DNA from: Okamejei kenojei
Lineage: Eukaryota
Length of the DNA: 64,000 nucleotides
NCBI GenBank assembly: GCA_035221665.1
Contig: CM069142.1
Span: 17,670,001 to 17,734,000 of the forward strand
Direction of reading: 5' to 3'
In this document: positions 53,071 through 64,000 of the stretch, piece after piece
Position numbering within the stretch: the stretch's first letter is position 1
Layout of the letters: each line of letters begins with the position of its first letter
The notes under the pieces: generated by a model
Database searches by the model: none
Seen by the model: the letters and a program-made list of their open reading frames with translations, nothing else
Told to the model about the DNA's origin: nothing
Position numbers and translations under genes: made by a program

Positions 53071-53899
53071 AAACTTTTATTTTACCTTGTCGGGGAGAAG
53101 TATACTTTACAAAGTCATGACAAGTATTTTTTGGTTGTTGGTGCGTGGGCTTGCTATTCTATGATCACTTTCAGCCTGAGAGAAAGATTAAAAGAAGAGG
53201 CAATGAAGGAAAAAAGTGCCCCATTTGCACCCTTTATCCCCTGGTCTGACTTCCTATTTGTTTAAATTCAGAAAAGTAAATGCACGTGAGAAACAGGTTT
53301 CCGTGCCTTTCAGCTGTTGGGTGGGCATGTTTTTTTACAAGGGATATGGAGAGAAAAGTTTGAAACTCTGGTTAATACTTCAGAAAAATCTATTTTTCAG
53401 ATATCTGGGTTCATCAAAACAGTTTTGTATCCATTAATGTGATAATTAGAAGTAAAGCAACAATAGGTTAATTGAAGGAAGGCTCTGAAGCATGAAGATA
53501 ATGTTCGATATGTGCTGCCAGTCTTCTAATAATGTCAATGAGATAACGCAGTGAATGCTTAGTCGTGCAAACTCAACGTTACCTGTTTGCATCAGCTTAA
53601 TTGAGGATGTAATTTGCTTTGGAATCACAGTTATCGTTTCTTTGTTATTAGCGGTGATTTTTACCGCACATTCTATAAAATAAGTTGGTTTAAAAAATAA
53701 TATAGACAAATTCCGAAGGTGTGTTTGAAGGACCTGATTTCATCCTGCATGTGACAAAGTATGAAAATAAAAACCTACTAATCATGGTCATGAAAATGTA
53801 CTTTAAAGATGTGCCTCATTGCACCATATTTCCAGTTGATGGGAATGAATATACACCATTTTGTAACCATAAGTGGAAAGCGGTGTTTCAAAAAGAGAA

Positions 53900-54104
53900 T
53901 GTGCAGGAAGGAGCAGCAGATGCTGGTTTAAACCAAAGCTTGACACAAAATGCTGGAATAACTCAGCGGGACAGGCAGCATCTCTGGAGAAAAGGAATGG
54001 GTGATGTTTCGGGGGGGGGGGGGGGGGGATCTCGACCCGAAACGTCACCCATTCCTTCTCTCCAGAGGTGCTGCCTGTCCCGCTGAGTTAATCCTGCATT
54101 TTGT
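53900..54104. mobile_element. PLE palindrome with central poly-G
   Basis: Arms of ~75 bp around G18 at 54011-54028. Confidence 0.85.
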
Positions 54105-54454
54105 GGTTGTAAAAAACAAAATTTGATTTTACTACTGTTATTTTGAAAATGCAGTTTCCCTTTCTTGTAATTGTTCCTGCATTGGGCAGATTGGATAGAA
54201 TTTTGGGTTACAATATACTCTACCAGCTTTAATCATTCTCGTATAGGTTCCAGATGAACTTTGACCTCATCCTAGTTGGAAACATATAAGTGGCAACATG
54301 ACTTAATCAGACTAATTTGTCTAATCAGACCAATTGGTCGCTGCTAATAAACATGTCTATAGTTTTAACTAAAACGGATCCTGGAAGAAATGCAGGTGTT
54401 ACAGAGATGAATGCCCAGTTTAGGGAAAAACACATGAAAATAGGAGGAGGAGTT

Positions 54455-54812
54455 GGTCATTAATTGGAGGTGGCCTTGGAGGGGAGGATGCTCCACAAAC
54501 TGCGGAGCATCTTGGACATTACACTGGTCAACCCGAGGAGCGCCTTCAGCAACAGGCTCCACCAAGGTGCAGTACGAATGCCACAGGAAATCCTTTGTCC
54601 CTGTGGCTATCAATCTGTACAACTCCTTTTGTCACGGGGCAGACTGACTGACTCCCCGCCCCTCCCCCCCCCCTCCCCCTCCAATGTTTGCACATCGCCA
54701 AGCCTGGACTTTCCACTTGTCACTTTATTTTCATATTTCATGTATCTTCTTGTGTTTTATGACTGTTGGCAGACTACTCTCCCTCCTGGGATAAATAGTT
54801 CTATCGTATCGT
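54455..54812 (+). mobile_element. Rex1/Babar-like LINE 3' end
   Basis: LEGRMLHKLRSILD...HRKSFVPVAINLYNS; tail gggataaata...tatcgtatcgt. Confidence 0.75.
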
Positions 54813-54989
54813 CATCAGACCACTTTGCCCAGTGCTATAACACAGTGCCACCTCAAAGATTTAAAAACTAGATTTGGAACGTTATGTTTAATTTTTTATG
54901 TGTTAATTTTTTACCTTTCAGTTATTTTATTAATAATTCAGAATTCTGTGAATCAAAACAGAAGAGGAGGGCTTATTGATAAAAGTTTA

Positions 54990-55137
54990 TAAAACATTTG
55001 GACAGGATCATGGATGGGATAAGTTTAGAGGGATAGGGGCCAAACGCAACCAGGTGGGACTAGTTCAGATGGGACATGTTGGTTGGTGTAGGCAAGTTGG
55101 GCTGAAAGGCCCGTTTCCACACTGTATGACTCTGTGA
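54990..55137 (+). mobile_element. CR1 3' tail
   Basis: Same family as 3975-4319. Confidence 0.82.
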
Positions 55138-55514
55138 CATGATAGAATTTTTTTGTGATAAATGTAGCATAGTTTTTAATCAATACATATATCGGTGCCT
55201 TTTTGTTCTCCGAAAATACTGCTTTTGCCCTGCCATTTACTATGATCTTTGTTGATCTGTGCTTGCCTCAACAAATCATGGTGATTCAGCATGGAAACAG
55301 GCCCATTTCCTCTTGCCTTCACATGAAGAATATATACTGTTCTAGGAGTGATATGATATTATGGCATGTCGATATAGTGCTGTACTATGTTGATATTTCT
55401 AAGTGGGTTCATGATTTGCTCACAAATATCTATCTTCCTTGATTTCAAGTAAGTGATTTGTAATTATCTGAAAGAGCAGAGGTAAAATTGTAATTATGAG
55501 ATTTGGGATCTCAT

Positions 55515-56676
55515 ATGACAATGTCCCACACGCGAGATTAGTGTGCAAAGTTAGGGTATATGGTATTTGGGGTAGGGTATTGATGTGGAGAGAGAACTGG
55601 TTGGCAGGCAGGAAGCAGAGAGTAGCAATTAACGGGTCCTTTTCAGAATGGCAGGCAGTGACTAGTGGGATGCCGCAATGCTCAGTGCTGGGTCCCCAGA
55701 TATTTACAATATATATTAACGAGTTAGACGAGGGAATTAAATGTAACATCTTCAAATTTGCAGATGACACAAAGCTGGGTGGCAGTGTGAGCTGCGAGGG
55801 GGATGCTATAAGCCTGCAGGGTGACTTGGATAGGTTGGGTGAGCGGGCAGATGCTTGGCAGATGCAGTAAAATGGGGATGAATGTGAGGTTATCCATTTT
55901 TGTGGCAAGAACAAGAAGGCAGATTATTATCTGAATGGTGTCAGATTAAGAAAAGGGGAGGTTCAACGAGAACTGGGTGTCCTTGTACATCAGTCACTGA
56001 AAGTAAGTATGCAGGTACAGCAGGCAGTGAAGAAAGCTAATGGCATGTTGGCCTTCATTGCAAGAAGATTTGAGTTTAGAAGTAAGGAGGTCCTACTGCA
56101 GTTGTGCAGGGCCACATCTGGAGCATTGTGTGCAATTTTGGTCTTAATTTGGGGAAGGACATTCTTGCTATTGAGGGAGTGCCATGTAGGTTCACCAGGT
56201 TAAATCCCGGGATGGCGGGATTGACCTATGATGAAAGAATGGGTTGACTGGGCTTGTATTCCCTGGAATTTAGAAAGATGAGAAGGGATCTTATAGAAAT
56301 ATAAAATTCTTAAAGGATTGGGCAGGCTAGATGCAGGAAAAATGTTCCCTATGTTGGAGTCCAGAACCAGGGGGGTCACAGTTTAAGAATAAGAGGCCTG
56401 AGATGAGGAAAACAATTTTCATCCAGAGAGTTGTGAATGTGTGGAATTCTCTGCCACAGAAGACAGTTGAGACCAATTCACTTGATGTTTTCAAGAGAGA
56501 GTTTGATTTAGCTCTTGGGGATTGAGGAAACAAGGAATATGGGGGGGGGGGGGGGAAGAAGCTGGAATGGGGTACTGATTTTGGATGATCAGATGATCAG
56601 CCATGTTCATGTTGAATGGTGGTGCTGGCTTGAAGGACCGAATGGCCTACTCCTGCACCAATTTGCTATATTTCTA
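55515..56676 (+). mobile_element. CR1 LINE 3' ~1.15 kb with frameshifts and stops
   Basis: WLAGRKQRVAING...VTSG.PQ.SVLGP..FTIYIN.LD...[11 protein letters not shown]. Confidence 0.95.
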
Positions 56677-57371
56677 TAAATAAGTTGAGTGTGATTGTAA
56701 TTAATACAAGATTCAATACCAGGTTTAATTCTCTTGGATGTTACAAAACTTATTTTGACAGCACAATAATCAGAATCCAAAATCTACCAATTTAATGTAT
56801 TTCTAAGAGCATGACGATAACAGAACCACTGCTGGTTCCCGTCCAAATCACACCGCCTACTGAGCGGGAAATATATCACAGGTTCTTCGTCAATGTTAGG
56901 TCCAAGTCTTGGAACTCCCTACCCAACAGCATTGGTGGTACCTTCACCAAGCTGACTGCTCGGGTTCAAGGGGGTGACTTAACACTACCATCCTCATATT
57001 AGTTAGAGATAGTCAGTGACCCAACAGCTTGATTGTCTTTTCCATATATGACATTGAAGGATCTTGTTAAATTATTTGAGCGATACAAGTCACGTGTTGT
57101 ATATATTTTGTCTTATGAACTAGTCTTGCGGAAACTCCGCCTCGTAGGAATATAACAAATGAAATAAAAATTAGGTCACTCTTTTTAGATTTTCAGATAG
57201 AGTTGCAATGGGAGAGCGCATCTCCCTACAGGGAGTACTTTGGATCATTACTTGTATTTATCATGGTTCTATCCAGTCTGAGTCCATTAGCATTAACAAC
57301 AAAAGTCCACACTGGTATAAATTTGCCATTCCTTGTCGTTGTTATAATGTGGAGCATTTGCAGCCTGATCT

Positions 57372-57650
57372 AGATCAGGGCAGAAATTGTCACAGTTACC
57401 GACACTACTCCCTTGAAATCTCAAAATAAGATCAAGAAGATTTTGCACCATAGCTGTAACATTGGAGGGTATTATCTGTATAATATCCCAGAGAGGTATA
57501 AGCCAATGCAGTTTTGTACAGCAATCTTCCATGGCGGGTATGTAATGATAACCTATAATGTATTTTCACCTGCCAATAGCAATTTCTGCAATAGAAATGA
57601 TGATTGAATACTTTGTGCCTCTGCTGAATTTAGATGACTTTGTTAGGGGA
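57372..57650 (+). repeat. Putative donor arm of a 279-bp inverted duplication (partner 61817-62095)
   Basis: 9 substitutions and no gaps over 279 bp by manual comparison. Confidence 0.95.
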
Positions 57651-58077
57651 GCTAACATTATGGTGTAATTTTCCAGGTTTTTTCTTATAACCTTTTAAAA
57701 CCTTTAAGTAATTCTCTTGCGCCTATTTTATACTCCATTCAATTGTACTCCATTCAAGTGTAATGCTGATGACTTTTAGAGGGAAAAAAATTCATATATT
57801 GAAAAGTTAAAAATCTATATAGAATTTTTCACTTTTTTCACAATATTTCTAACGTACGTGACTCGAGCAAGATACATGTATTGTTCATTTCCCATCTCCC
57901 TGACAAGGTAATGCGGGCATATTCTTTGACCATTGAAGCCCCGTTAAGTTTGTGATCCCACAGTGATGCGAGGAACACGTTTCAAATCATTTACCATTTA
58001 GATAAATATAATCCATTATAAACGATTATATCTTATATAAACGATTATTTATCTTATAAAAGATAAATATAATCCTA

Positions 58078-59225
58078 TTACAAACTTAAAGCATACGGTA
58101 TTAGGGGTTCAGTATTGATGTGGATAGAGAACTGGCTGGCAAACAGGAAGCAAAGAGTAGGAGTAAACGGGTCCTTTTCACAATGGCAGGCAGTAACTAG
58201 TGGGGTACCGCAGGGCTCAGTGCTGGGACCCCAGCTATTTACAATATATATTAATGATCTGGATGAGGGAATTGAAGGCAATATCTCCAAGTTTGCGGAT
58301 GACACTAAGCTGGGGGGCAGTGTTCGCTGTGAGGAGGATGCTAGGAGACTGTAAGGTGACTTGGATAGGCTGGGTGAGTGGGCAAATGTTTGGCAGATGC
58401 AGTATAATGTGGATAAATGTGAGGTTATCCACTTTGGTGGCAAAAACAGGAAAGCAGACTATTATTTAAATGGTGGCCGATTAGGAAAAGGGGAGATGCA
58501 GCGAGACCTGGGTGTCATGGTACACCAGTCATTGAAAGTAGGCATGCAGGTGCAGCAGGCAGTGAAAAAAGCGAATGGTATGTTAGCTTTCATAGCAAAA
58601 GGATTTGAGTACAGGAGCAGGGAGGTTCTACTTCAGTTGTACAGGGTCTTGGTGAGACCACACCTGGAGTATTGCGTACAGTTTTGGTCTCCAAATCTGA
58701 GGAAGGACATTATTGCCATAGAGGGAGTGCAGAGAAGGTTCACCAGACTGATTCCTGGGATGTCAGGACTGTCTTATGAAGAAAGACTGGATAGACTCGG
58801 TTTATACTCTCTGGAATTTAGGAGATTGAGAGGGGATCTTATAGAAACTTACAAAATTCTTAAGGGGTTGGACAGGCTAGATGCAGGAAGATTGTTCCCG
58901 ATGTTGGGGAAGTCCAGGACAAGGGGTCACAGCTTAAGGATAAAGGGGAAATCCTTTAAGAACGAGATGAGAAAGACTTTTTTCACACAGAGAGTGGTGA
59001 GTCTCTGGAACTCTCTGCCACAGAGGGTAGTTGAGGCCAGTTCATTGGCTATATTTAAGAGTGAGTTGGATGTGGCCCTTGTGGCTAAGGGGATCAGAGG
59101 GTATGGAGAGAAGGCAGGTACGGGATACTGAGTTGGATGATCAGCCATGATCATATTGAATGGCGGTGCAGGCTCGAAGGGCTGAATGGCCTACTCCTGC
59201 ACCTAATTTCTATGTTTCTATGTTT
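58078..59225 (+). mobile_element. Young CR1 LINE 3' ~1.15 kb; RT reading frame broken by a single stop at 58352
   Basis: [24 protein letters not shown]...[11 protein letters not shown], then the 256-aa ORF 58361-59131 in the same frame; (ctatgttt)n tail. Confidence 0.97.
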
Positions 59226-59372
59226 AATCCCATGTCTTGGACGAATGTTGAATTGATGGAATTTGTCTTCACTCGTGCACAAACCTTTAGTGAAGGTACC
59301 AGAGTGAGCAAACCAATTCCATCCAGGTTAATGCAACAACATTTTGGAAGCTGAGGACTATGTGTAATTTGT

Positions 59373-59500
59373 AAGAAGGAGCTGCAGATGCTGGTTTAAA
59401 CCGAAGATAGGCACAAAAAGCTGGGGTAAGTCAGCGGGACAGGCAGCATCTCTGGAGAGAAGGAATGGGTGATGTTTCCAGTTGAGACCCTTCTTCAGAC
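59373..59500 (-). mobile_element. PLE terminal-repeat fragment
   Basis: gaaggagctgcagatgctgg...gagacccttcttcagac. Confidence 0.82.
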
Positions 59501-60444
59501 GTGTAATTGTCTGAGTTTAGATACTTGCAATGTTAGGATGAATTTCTTCCCCATGAGTGCCATTATTTATCTGCAATAATGATAAAGCAAATCACATTGC
59601 TGATTCTTCATTTACGAGATTCTTTTTGCGTTTGAGGTCTGTAACTGTGAACAACAGTCAAAACCTCAAACTTATTTGTTTTAGTTTCTATAGTTATTTA
59701 CAATAGCGGGGGTGAGATTTATTCGAGTGAAATTAGGACTTTTGCCTCATTAACAGAAAGGGTAGTGAATTCTATTTTTTATGTTCCGCTAGAAGCTGCT
59801 GCAATCTGCATTTGAAATAAACTTTCTGTGGCTCTTTAGAAAATTAATCACAGCACGTGACCCGTTGTTCAAGTCGAAGCTCTTTAAAAGTGGACTTCAG
59901 TTCCTTGCCTCGTTTTGTCCATTACTCTTTCCCAACTCATAAATCTGAATACGTGGACTCAAGTATATGCCAATTTTTCAAAACTTTCAGAGATATTCTT
60001 TCATAAGCCTTTGAAGGGTTGTACTTTGAACCTATGTAGTGAGATAGGCACGGGTGGGAATCCACCCACACTTTGCTCTTGGTTTATTGTGTTTGAAAGA
60101 CATGAATCTTAATGAGCAGGGCAAGAGGAAATGGGCAACATTAGCTTTGTTGTGTGAAAGTTGCTGCACAAATTGTAACAAAGACAGTTTTTTACATCCA
60201 GAGCAGAATACCTAAGATTAAGGGAAGTTGAAGTGATTATAATTTTCTGCATACGTTTGATCTTGAGAGAATGCTGATGCGAGGCTGGATTTTTTCACCC
60301 TAATGGGTTGGGGTGATGCTGGTAAGCTTGCTTTCTTTGTTCCTACGGATGGGAAAGGAAGAAAATAAATGATCATCCTAATGAGACACATGGATTGTGG
60401 TGATTGATTCATATGTGGAATTCATGAGTCGCGTAGTTGCACTG

Positions 60445-60670
60445 CGTAGAAACAGGTTATTTGTATTTGGCCAACTGTGTTCATGTTGACCTTCTTGTTC
60501 AATAACATTAAGCCATTTACCTGCATTAGGACTTTGTCCTCAATGCTTTGCCTATTTAGCTGTTTGTCGAAAAACCTTTTAAGCAAAGTAATTGTGTGTG
60601 ATTCCACCATCCCATCTGGCAATTTGTTCCAGTTGTCCAACACTCTTTGTGTTCCTTCCCCACACCTGAG
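60445..60670 (-). mobile_element. Old CR1 3' end
   Basis: TQRVLDNWNKLPDGMVESHTITLLKRFFDK. Confidence 0.65.
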
Positions 60671-61524
60671 GTCTATGCCCTCTTGTATTACATGGGCCCT
60701 TACCATGCAGAAATAGATTTTGGCTATGATATGTGTGCCTTTCAAGTCCGTAAATACTTCTATCAAGATGTTGTTTACTTGGGAAGGTTTTTTGATCTTC
60801 GTCCAGACAGTGATGAGAGAATTCAGACATGCCTAAAGGAAGGTGGTGTTCTCCCAATATTACGGATTGTTGTCTTTGGTGCAGAGAAGCAGTCTTGATG
60901 AGATGGTGTCACGTTTCCTGCGGATTGGACCCCTGAACTGTTGTGTGTTCGCTGATTAAATACAGAGATACTGAGGACATGAGCCGGGACGCTTATCTGG
61001 CAAACATTTTCTTCCTTGCTGGTGTTGAGTTAAATCGCTGGTTCGTACTTTTGCTGAACTGGGGCTACCCCTATAAGCGTCGACTATGCTCTCCGTATAT
61101 CCGCATGCTTGCAGTTCCTTGGACTGGACAGTCATTCCACACTTGCTGGCCCTCTGACATTTGGGATGGGTAGGGACTCTTGTGCAATGTGTTGTCCTGC
61201 AGAGCTTCTGCCCGAGTGGCAGAGCACAAAGCTGAGGGTGGAGCTTTCACCTCTCACAAAGCTATTATTGAATTCATTTTTTGAAATGGCGAGATATAGA
61301 GCGGGAGGTAGAAATCTTTATACTGAAGTAAATTCTGAAAAGAAATATTGACGGGAAGGACAAAATCAAAATCAATACTAGGGGTGTGCATTGTTTTCTA
61401 CATTAAGCTGAAACAGGATAGTTTTTCTAAAATAAATCTCATCCTTTACTTAGTTGTATGCTCTTGAAATGTATTTACTTCACTCCAACTCCACCCACCT
61501 CCTGCAACTTAAACCCTGGAATAG

Positions 61525-61816
61525 AAACATACAAACATAGAAAATAGGTGCAGGAGCAGGCCATTCGGCCCTTCGAGCCTGCACCGCCATTCAATATGAT
61601 CATGGCTGATCATCCAACTCAGTATCCTGTACCTGCCTTCTCTCCATGCCCCCTGATCCCTTTAGCCACAAGGGTCACATCTAACTCCCTCTTAAATATA
61701 GCCAATGAACTGGCCTCAACTACCTTCTGTGGAAGAGAATTCCACAGATTCACCACTCTCTGTGTGAAAAATGTTTTTCTCATCTCGGTCCTAAAAGACT
61801 TCCCCCTTATCCTTAA
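61525..61816 (-). mobile_element. CR1 3' end, 5'-fused to captured local DNA
   Basis: LRIRGKSFRTEMRKTFFTQRVVNLWNSLPQKVVEA; (gaaacata)n tail on the + strand. Confidence 0.93.
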
Positions 61817-62095
61817 TCCCCTAATAAAGTCCTCTAAATTCAGCAGAGGCACAAAGTATTCAATCATCATTTCTATTGCAGAAATTGCTATTGGCAGGTG
61901 AAAATACATTATAGGTTATCATTACATACCCGCCATGGAAGATTGCTGTCCAAAACCGCATTGGCTTATACATCTCTGGGATATTATACAGATAATACCC
62001 TACAATGTTAGAGCTATGGTGCAAAATCATCTTGATCTTATTTTGAGATTTCAAGGGAGTAGTGTCGGTAACTGTGACAATTTTTGCCCTGATCT
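61817..62095 (-). repeat. Inverted copy of 57372-57650
   Basis: Direct reverse-complement match. Confidence 0.95.
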
Positions 62096-63777
62096 GAATA
62101 GGAGTCAGTCGGCTCTAGGAGATTGTTTTTAACAATGAAACATTGATTTATTCTGTTGCATTGTAAACATGACTTAAACTTTCAATTTGTCATTGTGGAA
62201 AATCAAGACAAAATTGGCTGTTTACTTTTAGATGATTGCAATCTCAACAATTTGATCTCCGGTTGGAATTGATGATGCCCAATAAGCTGTGTGCAAAGAA
62301 TTGAGATGATGTGAGCGATAACTATCCAGTAGGCAACCCTGATTTGCCAAGGCTGACACTTAACCTTCCAAGTGAGAGGCGGTGTCTCGTAGTTTGAAAT
62401 TCACAGATGTTCAGGTGAAGCTTTGGAGTTTGTGTGCATCTCTGAATATTTATTTTTTGGAAATTAAAGCTTTCCTTTTTTTTTGCTCTGTGCTGAAACA
62501 GAAGATCCATCGACTGCACTCCAGACATGTCAGAATCCAGGGGAATATAATGGGAAAGGAGGACATTCTAAAACATTTACAGTGACTCTCTGTAACTTCC
62601 CACAGAAAATTAGCTGGTTTTGCGAATGCTCGTGATGGGGAGAACTGGTTAAAACTAAGATCTGCGATCATCCACATCTGTTGCTTGGCCACGTGGATTC
62701 AAGATAGGTATCTGTATTTAGTGTTAACCTGAAACAATGAAGTTCTTCATTTTCTGCCAGCATTTTAGTAACAATTACTGGGACACTATTCCACTCCAGA
62801 GTTTACCTGGACAACACTGGAAATGCTTGGCCGCGTGGGCTAACAGTCCTTTGAGATACTATGAACCAAATGTTTGTCTGCCTTTGTGCCCATGTACATA
62901 ACTAGGCAAGGGTTTTGAGCCATCAACATGATGAACATTTAATCATGTGCAATGTCTCACAAAACTGCACTTTGCTGCTTTCTATGATCAGGAGAACAAC
63001 ATGAACCAGCCTACATGTTGCTCAGCATTTGTTAGCAATGGTAGTCCGATTTATGAAGTACTTCAGGAGACACGACAATTTTAACAGTTGAAGTCAGCTT
63101 TTGCATTTATCAGTAGTGGTATTTGGCTGATAGAGGATTTGCATCACCATTCACAGTGGAGCCATGTACATATAGTGTTTCATTGTTTTTGAGTCTTTGC
63201 TTTGAAGCTGTTGATTTGCGATCTCATGCATGATCTGTGGGGTTTTTATCAACATTATTTCTAGGTATTTTTGTTCTTAAGCTGTGGGCTGAAAATGTCT
63301 GTAATTTTGGTGGGTGTGAATATGTTCTCAATTTGCAGTTTCAATTTCAGCAGCTGTTTTCTATGACTGAGCGCAGTTATTCTATTTCAGCAGTGTTGCT
63401 GTGGCTCTTCCAGTAGTGAATTACCAATGAACCTGCAATATTCAACAAACATTTACCTTCTGGATGTGAGTGCTATTAAAAACAAAATGCACTAAAATAA
63501 TTTGCAGATGTTAAGCGCATTGAGTAAGGTGCAGTAATTCTATTTCAGTGCTGACTTAGTGATAACGTTCACGTCCTTGTTAGTGGTTCGTGGCTTTGAA
63601 ACTCACACAAGGATTTGAGGGGATCAACCGAATGAGACAGGTCAGAGAAGAATTAAACTAAGCCTCCAGAATGAAAGTATATCCTTTGCAGCATAAGTTC
63701 ATTGTGTAATATGATGCTGTATGTATTTTCCTTTGTGGTTTCAATGCATCCTGCTTAGAATCAAAGGATTCGGATTT

Positions 63778-64000
63778 CGTGAGGAGGAATTTCTTTAAAC
63801 AAAGATTGGTGAATCTGTGGAATGAATTGTCGCATACGGCTATGGAGGCCAAGTCAATGGGTGTTTGTAAAGCAGAGATTGATCAGTTCGTAATTAGCAA
63901 GAACATCAAAGGTTACTAGAGAAGGTCACAGGAGAAAGGGAATGGGGTTGAATGTGGAAGAAATAGGTCAGCCATGATGGTGGAGTAGACTTGATGGGCT
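63778..64000 (+). mobile_element. CR1 3' end running off the window
   Basis: gaggaggaatttcttt...ggtgaatctgtggaat...ggaggccaagtcaatggg...tcagccatgat. Confidence 0.85.

Noticed and set aside
58361-59131. Longest ORF (256 aa) as a host gene
   Set aside because: It is the CR1 ORF2 C-terminus of a 5'-truncated copy
14239-59500. Recurrent palindromic repeats as a CRISPR-like array
   Set aside because: Dispersed, no regular spacers, eukaryotic context; explained by PLE termini
60700-61260. Possible ancient RTE-like RT remnant (YLGRFFDLRPDSDERIQ)
   Set aside because: The resemblance is too short to support without a search
57413-62132. Paired near-identical small ORFs (MKSQNKIK.., MEDCC..) as a gene family
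   Set aside because: By-product of the 279-bp inverted duplication; no splice or homology support

Overview
Eukaryotic, repeat-rich, apparently non-coding DNA. The repeat families point to a cartilaginous fish, probably a skate or ray (inference). I recognise no host protein-coding exon. The window looks like part of a very long intron or an intergenic tract. Much of it is retroelement and transposon debris: 5'-truncated CR1 (HER1-like) LINEs, tRNA-derived V-SINEs (HE1-like), Penelope-like (PLE) remnants and their short palindromic terminal-repeat derivatives, Rex1/Babar 3' ends, one L1 3' end with a clean TSD, and four GGGCCTGTCCCAC-ended MITEs. Every long ORF in the track that I can identify is a TE fragment. 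Highlights: (1) a chimeric insertion at 61525-62095, made of a CR1 3' end fused to a 279-bp, ~97% identical inverted copy of sequence 4.2 kb upstream whose boundary falls at the centre of a 16-bp palindrome; (2) recurrent minimal hammerhead-ribozyme cores in the PLE palindromes; (3) an older ~150-bp inverted pair 5.7 kb apart that encloses two microexon-like signals; (4) several nested insertions and fold-back rearrangements. Coordinates of degraded repeats are approximate, and all identities were counted by eye.
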